Assembly (NCBI GenBank): GCA_977017575.1
Contig: CDRNVI010000140.1
Location: 386,021 to 450,020, forward strand
Origin: Paramoeba atlantica
Taxonomy: Eukaryota > Protista > Discosea
Length of the DNA stretch: 64,000 nucleotides
Direction: 5' to 3'
The notes under the pieces were generated by a model. That model was not told the origin of the DNA. It saw only the letters and a list, made by a program, of their open reading frames with translations, and did no database searches. Positions 1 through 12,246 of this stretch are shown piece by piece. The first letter of the stretch is position 1, and each line of letters opens with the position of its first letter. A program made the translations under genes and the position numbers.

Positions 1-343
1 AATCTTCCTTCGTTAAAACCGACCACATGAATCGCAAATGCAGACGATTCTTCACCTCTTCAAGGAATCTTTTGTGGACGTATAATTTCCCATCAACGAT
101 CCAAACTGCTTGCAAGTTTTTCAGGTGTTTTCTCAAGAAATCAAAAGCTGAATGGTTTCTTTTGTTGTTCAGTTTGGTGTGGAAGTCGATTGATTGGTCG
201 AGAACTTGGTACACTTTCGATTTCGCGGAATCCCAATCATATCGTAATCGACCGGGGCCACCAATTAGCCACGAGAATGAAGAGTACAAAAAGAGAAGAA
301 AAAAGAGGAGTTTCGTCCCACCCCAACAACATCTGACTCGCAT
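1..343 (-). CDS. GT90/CAP10-like glycosyltransferase, tandem copy 1 (5' part; runs off the window)
   Basis: Near-identical to the 5' part of copy 2; ATG at 343 (MRVRCCWGG...), about 1707 bp from the copy 2 start. Confidence 0.75.
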   Translation of the reverse strand, partial: MRVRCCWGGTKLLFFLLFLYSSFSWLIGGPGRLRYDWDSAKSKVYQVLDQSIDFHTKLNNKRNHSAFDFLRKHLKNLQAVWIVDGKLYVHKRFLEEVKNRLHLRFMWSVLTKED

Positions 344-580
344 GAAAACTGCCAACCCCAACCAAAAAACGAACAACAAAAACAAAAACAAAAAAAAACT
401 CCAAAAAGGGCCAACCTTTCCCAAAATTAGATAAAAGAGGTTTGTTTCCTTCTTCTGCCCCATTTTTTGATTTGCTCAAAAAATTGTGCCAAAAAATTGA
501 TCTGTGTTGTGTTTTATGAAAGAGAGAGTCGAAAAAGGTTTTGAATGTAATTGAGGTTCGCTTCAAACAAACCCTTTTCT

Positions 581-2050
581 TTAGGTCACAGTGCTCAATA
601 TGTTTAACTCTTTTTTTAAAAAATTTTCAAAGAAATTCGATTTGTCCTGTGTCTGATTCTGAAATGGTTTAAGCTTCTGACACAATTCTTTCCCATTTGA
701 GAATATGAGATGTTTTGAATCCTCCTTGTCCAGACCTTCGATTTTCACCCACTTTTGGTTTAAACACAGTTCTTTGAGAATTTGTTTCATTTTTTCGGTT
801 TGACTGTGATCTGGGTTGTTGAGGAGAGTTGAAAAAGCAGACATACTTTGCTGAACTCTTGTTAAAGCAGTCACAACATATTCAACAAGACAACGAGCAC
901 ACAAGAAGTGATCTGCAACCCATCGAGCATTTGCCACTAAATGTTTACGTTCTTCAGAGTTATTCAACACATGAAAAACAACAGATTTCGCTGTTTCTCT
1001 GTTGATCACTCTGTGTGTATGTTTATCCTTTAAAGCAGGAAAATACCATTGTTCTGCTCCTTCTTTTTCCATCATAGGTCCAGTCCAAATAAATACAACA
1101 CCACCCATCAACCACAGATGGTTCAGGTTTCGAGAGTAACTCCCTCGAGATCCTCCAGGAAGATCAAGAAACAATGCAAATCTCGGAAATTTGTGGTGTC
1201 TGAATTCCTTCCCAATTAGACGATGGCAATGCTGCATCGCTTTGATTTCATCGAGAGTGTAGTTGTAAATATGAGAACAAAACGTGGAGTTCCACTCCAT
1301 GGTACATTCTGTGGCCTTGATATCAAACATTTTTGAGTTGGTGCTTGATAGCGTTAAAGCTGATAACCTTGCAAACTTTCCTGAGGCACCATCACAGGAG
1401 GTGGGCGTACCTTGCGCAGTTAACTGTCCACGCCAAAAAAGTTTATGGTTTCTCGTTTCCCACTTTCTTTTGTCTGCAATCTTTAACAAATTCGACATCT
1501 CTTCTTTCCAAACAGATAAGTCGTTGAAATAAGGGTTGGGGAACAAAATTCCACATTCTTTGGGGTGCTTTTTGGCAATCACGAAAGTTGGAACGATCAT
1601 ATCACAATCCGAAGGAAGCTCTCCTGTAGACCCCATCGAAAAGGAGTACGCTATTTTCTTCGTTTTCAATTTTTGGAGATCTTTGGCAACTCGATTGTCC
1701 AAACGCCAATCTTCCTTCGTTAAAACTGACCACATGAATCGCAAATGCAGACGATTCTTCACCTCTTCAAGGAATCTTTTGTGGACGTATAATTTCCCAT
1801 CAACGATCCAAATTGCTTCCAAGTTTTTCAGGTGTTTTCTCAAGAAATCAAAAGCTGAATGGTTTCTTTTGTTGTTCAGTTTGGTGTGGAAGTTGGCTGA
1901 TTGGTCGAGAACTTGGTACATTCTCGATTTCGCGGAATCCCAATCATATCGTAATCGATCAGGGCCACCAATTAGCCACGAGAATGAAGAGTACAAAAGG
2001 ATGAGAAAAAAGAGGAGTTTCGTCCCACCCCAACAACATCTGACTCGCAT
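581..2050 (-). CDS. Glycosyltransferase family 90 (CAP10/KDELC-like), copy 2, intronless
   Basis: N-terminal signal anchor; motifs ILFPNPYF, KLFWRG, YSRNLNHLWLMGGVVF and QWYFPALK resemble the GT90 domain; first in-frame ATG at 2050. Confidence 0.7.
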   Translation of the reverse strand: MRVRCCWGGTKLLFFLILLYSSFSWLIGGPDRLRYDWDSAKSRMYQVLDQSANFHTKLNNKRNHSAFDFLRKHLKNLEAIWIVDGKLYVHKRFLEEVKNRLHLRFMWSVLTKEDWRLDNRVAKDLQKLKTKKIAYSFSMGSTGELPSDCDMIVPTFVIAKKHPKECGILFPNPYFNDLSVWKEEMSNLLKIADKRKWETRNHKLFWRGQLTAQGTPTSCDGASGKFARLSALTLSSTNSKMFDIKATECTMEWNSTFCSHIYNYTLDEIKAMQHCHRLIGKEFRHHKFPRFALFLDLPGGSRGSYSRNLNHLWLMGGVVFIWTGPMMEKEGAEQWYFPALKDKHTHRVINRETAKSVVFHVLNNSEERKHLVANARWVADHFLCARCLVEYVVTALTRVQQSMSAFSTLLNNPDHSQTEKMKQILKELCLNQKWVKIEGLDKEDSKHLIFSNGKELCQKLKPFQNQTQDKSNFFENFLKKELNILSTVT

Positions 2051-2256
2051 GAAAACTGCCAACCCCAACCAACCAACCAACCAAAAAACGAAAACAAAAA
2101 AAACTCAAAAAGGGCCAACCTTTCCCAAAATTAGATAAAAGAGGTTTGTTTCCTTCTTCAAAAAAATTGTTTTGTGAAAGAGAGATTGATCCGAAAAAGG
2201 TTTTGAATGTAATTGAGGTTCGCTTCAAACAAACCCTTTTCTTTAGGTCACAGTGT

Positions 2257-3720
2257 TCAATATGTTTCACTCTTTTTAAAAAAAAATTCAAAGAAATTCG
2301 ATTTGTCCTGTGTCTCATTCTGAAATGGTTTAAGCTTCTGACACAATTTCTTTCCATCTGAAAATATGATATGCTTTGTCCCCTCCTCATCCAGACCCTC
2401 AATTTTTACCCATTTTTGTTGTAAACACAGTTCTTTGAGAATTTGTTTCATTTCTTTAGTTTGACTGTGATCTGGGTTGTTGAGGAGGGTTGAAAAAGCA
2501 GACATACTTTGCTGAACTCTTGTTAAAGCAGTCACAGCATATTCAACAAGACAATCAGCACACAAGAGGTGATTCGCAACCCCTCGAGCATTTGCCACTA
2601 AATGTTTACGTTCTTTTGAGTTATTCAACACATGAAGAACAACAGATTTCGCTGTTTCTCTGTTGATCACTCTGTGTGTCTGTTTATCCTTTAAAGCAGG
2701 AAAATACCATTGTTCTGCTCCTTCTTTTCCCATCATAGGTCCAGTCCAAATAAATACAACACCACCCATCAACCACAGATGGTTCAGGTTTCGAGAGTAA
2801 CTTCCTCGAGATCCTCCAGGAAGATCAAGAAACATCGAATAATTCGAAAAAGAATTGTGTTTAACAGAGTTCCCTTTCAGAGGAGAACAATGGCGCATCG
2901 CTTTGATTTCATCACGAGTGTAGTTGTAAATCTGAGAACAATATGTAGAGTCCCACTTCATGGTACATTCTGTGGCCTTGATGTCAAACAATTTTGGGTT
3001 GGTGCTTGACAACGTTAAAGCTGATAACCTTGCAAACTTTCCTGAGGCACCATCACAGGAGGTGGGCGTACCCTGCAGGGTGGATGTGCCATGGGCAGTT
3101 AACTGTCCACGCCAAAAAAGTTTATGGATTCTCGATTCCCAATCTCTCTCGTCTGCAATCTTTAACAAACTCGACATCTCTTCTTTCCAAACAGATAAGT
3201 CGTTGAAATAAGGGTTGGGGAACAAAATTCCACATTCTTTGGGGTGCTTTTTGGCAATCACGAAAGTTGGAACGATCATATCACAATCCGAAGGAAGATC
3301 TCCTGTGGATCCTGTCGAAAATGAATATGCTATTTTCATCGTTTTCAATTTTTGGAGATCTTTGGCAACTTGATTGTCCAAACGCCAATCTTTCTTCGTT
3401 AAAACTGACCACATGAATCGTAAATGCAGACGATTCTTTAGCGCTTCGAGGAATCGTTTTGGGACGTATAATTTCCCATCAACGATCCAAACTGTCTGTG
3501 AAGACGGTTGGAGGTGTTCTCTCAAGAAATCAAAAGCTGAATGGTTTCTTTTGTTGTTCAGTTTGGTGTGGTAGTCGATTGATTGGTTGAGAGCTTGATA
3601 CATTCTCGATTTCGCGGATTTCCAATCATAGTGTAATCGATCAAGGTCATCAATTAGCCACGAGAATGAAGAGGAGAAAAAGAGGAGAAAAAAGAGGAGT
3701 TTCGTCCCACCCAACAACAT
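2257..3720 (-). CDS. Glycosyltransferase family 90, copy 3, intronless
   Basis: Paralogue of copy 2 with an 18-nt insertion (AHGTSTLQGTPT vs AQGTPT); in-frame ATG at 3720 (MLLGGTK). Confidence 0.7.
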   Translation of the reverse strand: MLLGGTKLLFFLLFFSSSFSWLIDDLDRLHYDWKSAKSRMYQALNQSIDYHTKLNNKRNHSAFDFLREHLQPSSQTVWIVDGKLYVPKRFLEALKNRLHLRFMWSVLTKKDWRLDNQVAKDLQKLKTMKIAYSFSTGSTGDLPSDCDMIVPTFVIAKKHPKECGILFPNPYFNDLSVWKEEMSSLLKIADERDWESRIHKLFWRGQLTAHGTSTLQGTPTSCDGASGKFARLSALTLSSTNPKLFDIKATECTMKWDSTYCSQIYNYTRDEIKAMRHCSPLKGNSVKHNSFSNYSMFLDLPGGSRGSYSRNLNHLWLMGGVVFIWTGPMMGKEGAEQWYFPALKDKQTHRVINRETAKSVVLHVLNNSKERKHLVANARGVANHLLCADCLVEYAVTALTRVQQSMSAFSTLLNNPDHSQTKEMKQILKELCLQQKWVKIEGLDEEGTKHIIFSDGKKLCQKLKPFQNETQDKSNFFEFFFKKSETY

Positions 3721-4094
3721 CTGATTCGCATGAAAACTGCCAACCCCACCTAACAACAAACAACAAACAACAAACAACAAAAACAACAACAACAAAAACG
3801 AGGAGCCAAAACAGCCAACCGACCAACCTTTCTCGACCACAAAAAGAACAAAAAGAACGGCTAAAAAATAGAAACCTATTTTTAACGATGATTTTTAATT
3901 ATAGGTTCCTAATTGTATTGAAAATTAAATTGGACCCGTTGAAATAGAAAAGAATCGAAAAAAAGAACAATTTAATAGTATTCTCCTCGATTTTCTCTTT
4001 TTGGAAAAATGAGGAGTTTTCCAAACTTTTTTCTTTTTTCGTCCTCTCTTTTTTGTCCTTTTCTTTGTTTCTTGTCAAAGAAAGAGAGTGAGAG

Positions 4095-7000
4095 ATGCGT
4101 TTGGTGTTTTTGGTTTGTTTGTTGGTGGGGTTTACCCTCGCTAATGATTATCAAGTTATTCATCATAGGTTTTTCTTTTTTGTTTTCTTTTTTTGGAATA
4201 ATTTTGAACATTTGATTTTTCAGAGGCCGAATCCCTTCTTACTATGAAGAAGTCCCTGTGACTCGTAATTCTGGTTTCTTTTTTCTTTTCTTTTTTCTTT
4301 TCTTTCTTTTTTTTTTAAACAATTTTGCTTTTAGAATGGGAAACCACCCCTGTGACTTTCCATATCACTTTGAAGCAACGAAACCTTGATGTTTTGGATG
4401 ATTTGTTCTGGAGAATCTCCAACCCTAAGGATTCCATGTACGGAAAACACAAGACCGCTAAGGTAAAACCACTCTCTCTTTTCTCTCGAGGTGTTTGAGG
4501 ACTTTTGTTTTGAAGAATTTTTTTTTCTTGTTTTGTTTTGGGTTCTTTCTTCTAACAAAAAGAAAAAATAGGAAATTAGAGATCTTGTTTCCCCTCCAGA
4601 AAGTGACCGCGAGGCTGTTCTCACCTGGGTTCAATCTGTTTACAAACAAGTTAGCCAAGGAGAAGATATCTTCCAACTTGAAGATCGTGGAGATTCTCTC
4701 AAGATCACAACAAGTGTTCGAGTCACTGAATCTCTTTTCCGAACAACTTTGTCCTCTTTCCGAAGAACCAAGGGCCCCAACCAGAAGCATTTGTGGATTA
4801 AGTTTATTGACACTTTGTCAATCCCAACAGAACTTGGTATTTTTTTCTTTTCAGATTTTACTCTTAATTTTTCTTTTCTAATTTTTTATTAATTTATTCT
4901 TTTTTTTTTTTCAAAGTGTCTATTGTGGATATTATCACAGGAATTGTTAAATTCAACCCCATTCCTCAGGTTTTTTCTCTTTTTCAGATTTTTCTTGCCT
5001 TTTCTTGCATATCACTCAAATCTTTTGTGTTCATCTTTAGGGTGTTCGTGTTTCAGAAGCTGATGAGGGAAGTTGCAATGTCCCATACACTATGAAGTTG
5101 ATGTACAGTGTTGATTTGACTTTGAATGCCACCAACCAACAAGGTGCTTCTCAAGCTCCCTATTCTGAACAAGGAATCAAGAAAGAAGGGTTTGGAGCTG
5201 ATGATGTTCTTCAATTCCAAAGTGAAAATAATTTGATCAATGATCCAATCACTAATATCATTGGAAATGATGTTGTCAACTATATTGAGTCGGTTCATTT
5301 TTGTTTTTGACTTTTATTTTCTTTTTGTTTTTTGACTTTTTCGAAAGCCTAACATTTTTTTTTTTGTAAAATTAAAAAAAGGACACTGACACAGAGGCTG
5401 CATTGGATACACAAATGTTGACTGGATTCGGAAATGGAGCAAACACCAGTTTCTGGGTCATGAACGAGTGGATGTACGAATTTGCTGCCGAAATTTTGAA
5501 CACTGAAGACCCTCCTCTTGTCAACTCTATGAGCTACGGGTTTGGCTTATTTTTTTTTTCTCATTCTCTTTCTTTCTCTCTTTCTCTTTTTTTCTTAAAA
5601 GTTCATTTGTTTTTAGATGGTATGAAGATCAACAATGCAGTGTTGATGGAATGTGCTCCAAGGGTGAAACTGATGAAGATTACGTTGATAGAACTAACAC
5701 TGAATTCCAAAAGTTGGGAACCATGGTTTGTTCTTTGCCTTTTTTTTTCGGTTTCTTTTTCTTTTCTTTTTTAATGGGAAAAAAAATTAATAGGGAATTA
5801 CAATGATTGCTTCTTCTGGTGATGATGGTACTGAGGTGACTTTTTCTTTGAATTTTTCTTTCTTTTCTTTCATTTTGGTTGAACAATTTTCGTTTTTTGT
5901 TTTTAGCCTGACAGAGGTTGTGATGAGATGAGACCTGACTTCCCAGCAAGTTCTGTCTATGTTCTTTCAGTCGGAGCCACTGCTGTTGTCAACAACGGAA
6001 CCACGTTTGTTTTTTCCTTTTTTTTGAAATGATTTTTTATGTGAAATTTGTTGACAAAAATTAAATAGTTACCCACTTGGATCAAATGCTCCTCCCTCAT
6101 GCTCTGACAGAAGTTGTGATTGCTCAACAAGCCGATACGAAGAAACTGGTTTGTTCTTTGATTAACAAAAACAATTGTTTGACCGATTTATCGTTTTTGA
6201 GTTCTTGAATTACTCACTTTGTTGTTTTCAGCAATGAAAACAAACAATGCTCATTTTGATACTGGTGGTGGTTTCTCTCAATATCTCCCTCAACCAAGCT
6301 ACCAAACAGATGTTGTTGAAGCTTATTTGAACAGTGTATGATTTTTTTCTGATTCTTTTTTTTTTTTTTTTACTTTTTGATAATCATCAGATTTATTGAG
6401 AGTTGAATTGGTATTGTTTTTGTAATTTATTTTTTCGCCAACAGGGAGTTGCCCTTCCCAGCACACAATATTGGAATCCCAAGAACCGTGGATACCCTGA
6501 TGTCACCGCTGTCGGTGCTGAAGTTTTGATTATTAAGAATGGAAGTTTTGTCATTTTTCTTTTTCTTTTTAGTATATTCTCTTTTAAAATGCTCTGAAAT
6601 GACCACTAAAGATTTCACTTCCTTTTTTTTTTGTCATAATTAGGTCCCATTAAAGTTGGAGGAACCTCTGCTTCATGTCCTATTTGGGGAGGTTTGATCT
6701 CATTGTTGAATGCTGATCGTTTGAACGCTGGAAAATCCCCTCTTGGATTTGTCAACCCAATGTTTTACCAACTTTATGCTGAGGTTTGTTTCTCTCTTTT
6801 ATATTACCATTCTTTCAAAATACAACCTTTTTTATTCTGTTTGACTCATCTCATTTTTAATTTTTATTTCACAAAAATATAGCAACCACAAGCCTTCCGT
6901 GATATCACCGTCGGAACCAATGGTGGTGGATGCGATAATCTTGCTTTCCAAGCAACTACTGGCTGGGTTTGTTTCTCTTTCAATCCACAAAAGACAAAAT

Positions 7001-7124
7001 TATTATTTGAATTTTGTAAAACAAAAACTATAAAAATGACACTTTTAAATCACAGGATCCTTTGTCTGGATTGGGATCTCCTAACTTTGATAAAATTCGT
7101 GCGTATGTTGCCACCTTGCCTTGA
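4095..7124 (+). CDS. Secreted sedolisin / tripeptidyl-peptidase I-like serine peptidase (S53), about 15 introns
   Basis: Signal peptide MRLVFLVCLLVGFTLA; prodomain LKQRNLD..ISNPKDSMYGKH; EAALD, SSGDDG, RGYPDV, catalytic GGTSASCP and C-terminal GWDPLSGLGSPNF, all joined by GT-AG introns. Confidence 0.9.
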
Positions 7125-7312
7125 GAGGAGAGAGTGTTGGCTTCTTTTACCCGATTTCAAAATTCATAAAAAGGCTTATGTTTTGAAAGATCTAAACAGA
7201 CATTTTTTCTTTTCTTTCTCTTTCAATTTTTTTTGGAGGTGATATGATCATCCACACACACACACTTTGTTTGTTCAGAAAAAAAAAGAAATTATTTCAT
7301 TTTGATGAATGA

Positions 7313-8521
7313 TTACAATTTTGAAAGTTCAGGGATTGGTTGATCATCCAAGAAACAGGAAACAATTTGATTGAATTGGGGAGCATATCGCAAATGAATG
7401 TTATGTTTTCCTTCTGGGAATTCAATCAAACGTGAATTGGAAATATGTTTGAGGAAATAGTGTGGGTGTTCTGGGGCGACCATTGGGTCTTTCTTTCCGT
7501 GGAGGATGAGTGTGGGACATTCCACAGATTCGCATTCCTTTTTTTTGAAATGAATTTTTTTTATAATAATTAATATTATTAATTTTCTTTTGAAAATTGT
7601 ATAAAAAGAGAGAAAAGAATTGAAGAGCATGTCCTTCATCACACATCACACAGACAAATAAAAATAAAAAGAGTGGAGAACCTTTCGACAGACCTCTCCT
7701 TCTTTTTCAGTGACAAATTCTTTGACAACATCACAATATTGAGACCACATTTGTTGAAGAACTTCAGTTCCATAAACTTTTTCTAATGGTTCTCTCATTC
7801 GGGCACTCCAGTTTTTGATATCTCGAGTATTGTTGATTAATTCCGTATCTATGAAGTTCCTTGAATTTAGAAAGAGAAAGAGAAAAAAGAAAGAAAAAGA
7901 AAAACCTTGTGGAGTAAAATAAGCATTCCCACCAAACAAAACCAACTTTCTAACAGAAGAAGGAAACAAAGAAGCCAAGAGAACAGCAGAATTTGCACCA
8001 TCACTCCAACCCATAACATCAAATCTTTCATTTTCATATCCCAAACATTTCATGATTTGGAAAGCATCTTTTGCATCTTGAGAGTAGAAAGAGAGAGAGA
8101 AAGAGCGGTTGGGAGGGCGAGAGAGGCCGTATCCTCTTGGATCGAATGAGATGGTTGGGCGAGAGAGAGAGAGAGAAGAGAGTTGGGGGAGGAAGTCTGA
8201 TTTGGCTGTTCCTAACGCTCCTGGGAGGCAGATGATTGGTGTTTGTTTGTTTTTGTGTTCTTTTCCTTTCTCTATTATGTGGAAGGGGATGGTTATTTCT
8301 CTTTCTTTTCCTTCTTCTTCTTCTTTGGAATGGATGTGGATTGTTTGGGAATCTTCTTCGGTGATTGGGTTGTCCATGTTTGTTGTTTGTTGTTTTGGGA
8401 AATGGGTTTTTGAAAAATATTTGTTTGTTGTTATTGTTGTTTGAATTCGAGAAAGATGAAATAAAGAGAGAGGGGAGGAGACGAAAGAATACAAAGAACG
8501 GTTGGTCAAACAAGGCAACAT
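7313..8521 (-). CDS. BPHL: Alpha/beta hydrolase, valacyclovir hydrolase (BPHL)-like, probable mitochondrial presequence
   Basis: LPGALGT, FDPRGYG, nucleophile GWSDG, TLILHGKKDPMV, catalytic His in EGKHNIHL; spliced. Confidence 0.8.
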
Positions 8522-8738
8522 TAGACGAGCGAGAAAGAGAGTGAAATAAGAGAGGGAAATTTTTGTGTGTCGAAGATAACTTTTTCAGGGTGTTTTGTCC
8601 GTTCGGTATCTCTTTCTCCTTTCTCTCTCTTCTCTCTCGAACGAATTTACGTGTCGTCCAAAAAAAAATCTTTGACCATCTATCTTAAGAAAAGAAAAAG
8701 AAAAAGAAAAGAAAAATTGTCCCAAAAAAACAAAAGAA

Positions 8739-9905
8739 ATGGAAGAAGAGACAACAACAAACTCCTCTCTCTTTGTGGCGATCTACGCTCTTTTAAGTGG
8801 GGTCGCTCCTCTCTGTTCCGCTCTCTTTCCCCTTCTTCTCTCTTCTAGAGGGGGGAGTGGGTTCTCTCCTCGAACCACTTATATTCTTTTGGGGTTTTCT
8901 GCTGGTTTGTTGTTTGCGATTGCAACTTTGGATTTGATTCCAACTGCTGTTCAAATGGAATCTTCTTCTTCTTCTTCTTCTTCTCATCATCATCAAGAAG
9001 AAGAAGGGGCCTCTTCGCATGCTCATTTCCACACAAATCAAGATGTTTCAGAGAAGGAGATGAGTGAGGATCATCATCATGATCATTCTTCACTTTCGAT
9101 GGTTCTTTTCTCTCTTTTCTTCTTCTTCTTCTCTTTGTTTTGTAGTTTTTTTTTTCTTTTTTTCTAATTCTCATATCTCTCTTGGTCGAATTTTTAGGTT
9201 GGTGTTGGAGTTGGTTACTTTTGTCTTCTTTTTGTCGAACAACTAATGGCTTCGACCGGCCATGGCCATTCTCACGGGATTGTCAAAAAAGATAAAAAGA
9301 AAGAAAAAGAAGGTGGTGAAGAAAAAAGAAAGAAATTCCAAAGAACTTCAACATCAACAACAGATTTCAAAGTATCAATTGTCCCAGGATCATATGAAGA
9401 CGACGAAAAAATGACCATTGATGAAATGTCGCTCGACGAGGGGACATCTCCCCCAATCTCTTCTTCTTTATCTCTCATTGTTCCTGTTGGGTTGGGGATT
9501 CATTCAATTGTTGATGGTTTGATTGTTGCTGGAGCCATGAGCGCATCAGATGAGATTGGAATGAAGGTTATATTCGCAATCATTCTCCATAAAATCCCAG
9601 ATGGAATCGTTCTCTCTTCAGTTTTGATTCACCAGTTGGAGAAAAGAACGCTCATCATCATTGTTCTTGTGTCTTGTATGACTCCTTTTGGAATCTTTTT
9701 AGGCACATATCTCTTTAGTGGATTAGAAATATCTCATCTTGCAATTGTTTTGGGTTTTGGGAGTGGCACATTCATCTACATTAGCGCGACTGGTATTGTT
9801 CCTGAACTGACTGCACACAGAATCTTTGCTCTCCCCGCTTTGATCGCCTTTGTAATTGCTTACTTATCCATTCTTATGATGGAATCTCTTCTCCACGCTC
9901 ATTGA
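8739..9905 (+). CDS. ZIP-family zinc/metal transporter, one intron (9102-9197)
   Basis: GFSAGLLFAIATLDLIP, His-rich loops, HSIVDG and ILHKIPDG metal-binding helices, GFGSGTFIYI. Confidence 0.9.
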
Positions 9906-10353
9906 GATCATCCTCCACACAACCAACAAAAAGAAAGTTTTACCAACACGTTTTTGTATATTATGGTGTAGGGGTAGTGGGTGGTGGGGTGTGTAAAAGA
10001 GGGTTGTTTTCCTGTTGTGTGGAACTTCGGAGAGGATTTTTTCCAAAAATGAGGTGGAAATATTCCCCAAAACCAACCAACCATCCTCCACAATGTGTGA
10101 ATCGTTTTTTTATTTAATGTTTTTGACTTTTTGAATGTGTTGTGCCAATCACGGACAAACACAAAATTGAGAAGGGAACATCTCCGCCCCACGGATCGTT
10201 CCGTTCCATAAAATCTTCTCTTTCTTCTCTTTCTTCTCTTTCCTCTTTTCTTTTCCTCTCGCATTATTCTTTTGTGTTGCCACGCACAAAAAAATAACAA
10301 TAAAAAACCGAGATATATACAAAGAACCACGCTTCAAAATATCCTCCTCTCTT

Positions 10354-10731
10354 TTACCCAACGTGAGTATGAGAATGGGAATCTTTCTCCAAAATACTCT
10401 TACAATAACCACAACGGACCTCTCCCAAATCGGAATGGGCCATCCCAATTTTTGCATGGTCTGTTTGCTTTCGGTGAGATTCGATACCATCAAATCGTTT
10501 GACCATAAAACCACAATCGAAACATCGATAACTCATTGGCATGATAGCAGAAACTAAGAGCTCTTCATCACTGATTGGATAACGTGTCTTGCCGCAGAGA
10601 GTGCAGGTGGAAGATGCTGTAAAGAATGGAGTGGAGGGTTTGGGAGGAAGAGGAGGAGCGTCTTGAGGTTTGCTCGGGTAATCAGGTAAGCCAGCAATTG
10701 ATTTAATAGAAGCTCGAGGGTTTGATGCCAT
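10354..10731 (-). CDS. Small zinc-finger protein (three CxxC pairs plus His; ZnF-UBP-like spacing)
   Basis: CTLC...CFDC...H....H...CGYC...HSH after a Pro-rich N-terminus; ATG at 10731. Confidence 0.55.
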   Translation of the reverse strand: MASNPRASIKSIAGLPDYPSKPQDAPPLPPKPSTPFFTASSTCTLCGKTRYPISDEELLVSAIMPMSYRCFDCGFMVKRFDGIESHRKQTDHAKIGMAHSDLGEVRCGYCKSILEKDSHSHTHVG

Positions 10732-11302
10732 ATTTTGTGGAGGGGGGAGGTGGATGTGGTGGGAGAAGGTGTTGTTTCTGAGACCACACTCGTAACGGAA
10801 AGAAAGAAGAAGAAGAGCGTGCTCCAAAAGACCCAAAACCCAAAAACAAAAAAAAAACAAAAAAAAAAAGTGATACCTCAAAATTTTATGGATGGTATTT
10901 TTAAAATTTATTTTATGCTTGATTACCATAAATAATAAAAATAAAAAATCAGTCAATTTTTCGGGGATTGGTTTTTCCATTTTGAATGTAAAAAAAGATA
11001 AAAAAAGAATTTAAGAACCGTCATAAAAATAATTAAAAAATCCACCCAAAAACCCTTTTTGCACGTTGCAACAACAAACAACAAACAACAAAACAACACT
11101 TTTTGTTGTTTCTTTTTCTGTCATTTTTCTTTCTTCTTTTTTTCTTTCCACTTTTTTCTCCCCGGGTTCACAAAACCAACCCACCACAAACTCTTTCCTT
11201 CCCCTTGAAATTTCCACCCGTTTGTTGTTGTTTGTGCCCTTCTCTTGACCTTTTTGTCCCTTTTCGAAGAAGCTCCTTCATCTCCCCGAATATCAAATAA
11301 TA

Positions 11303-12246
11303 ATGGCTGACAAAGAAGAAGAAACCAGCGAAGACAGATCAACCGATGATACTTATTCATCCGAGACCGATTCCTCTGACTATTCAAGCGATTCTGATGA
11401 TTCTGATGAAGGAGATGAGTCTGATGATTCTTCCGATGATGAAAGTTTTGGAGCGTCTCCATCTCAAACAAAGGATAAACTCAAGTTGGTCCTCCCAACC
11501 CGAGAGGTGATCGAAGATGAGAGTTTAGGTTTTTTTTTCTTTTGATATTTTATTTTAATTTTAAAAGAAAATACCACAATCACCCAACGAAGACAAACAC
11601 AAGGAAAGAATTTCCCCCCCAAAGTTCCAAAAAAAGGAAAATGATTCGGAAGAAAGAACAAAAACTGACTAGATCTAATGGAAAACATAATATAATAGGG
11701 ATTGGTGAACTGCGAGAAAATTTAGAAAAATATCGCCGTCGAGTTCGTCAAATGGAATTGTATTCTGAACAACTCAGTTTTGTTTCTTTTTTTTTTTTTT
11801 GGTCTTTATGTTTGTGCTTTGTGTAATGTGAATCTCCTGTTGTTTTTCCATTTAAAATTTGCTTGAATTGAATGCCCTCTGTTTCTTGATTGAGTTGACT
11901 CTTACCCTCCTCCCAAAAAAAAGGATACCAGTTGAATCGAACAGTCGATGCTGTTGTGATCCTCCAACTCCAAAGAGAACGGGACCTCGCCTACATCGCA
12001 AAACTGAAAGAAACTGTGGAAGAAAGCACCGGAAAGAAAGCTCCTTTGTATTTGGATTTGGATTTGCAGATGGTTCATAGTTCTCCTCAAGCAGAGTTAA
12101 TCCCAACCCCCAATGCTCTTGATTTAAAGAAGGTCGAAAAAGCGAAGAAACCCAAGATCTCAAAGAGAACGAGCTCATTTTTTGGAAAAGTAAGAAAAGG
12201 AAAGGCTGACCAGAAGAAGGGAACAGATTCCCCCCTCAAATTTTGA
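11303..12246 (+). CDS. Hypothetical protein with an acidic D/S/E N-terminus and coiled-coil segments, spliced
   Basis: Coding-like ORF pieces at 11303-11527, ~11670-11775 and ~11930-12246 separated by T-rich introns; no family recognised. Confidence 0.5.

Noticed and set aside
27-3574. Plus-strand ORFs repeated in the GT90 array
   Set aside because: Antisense shadows of the duplicated coding sequence
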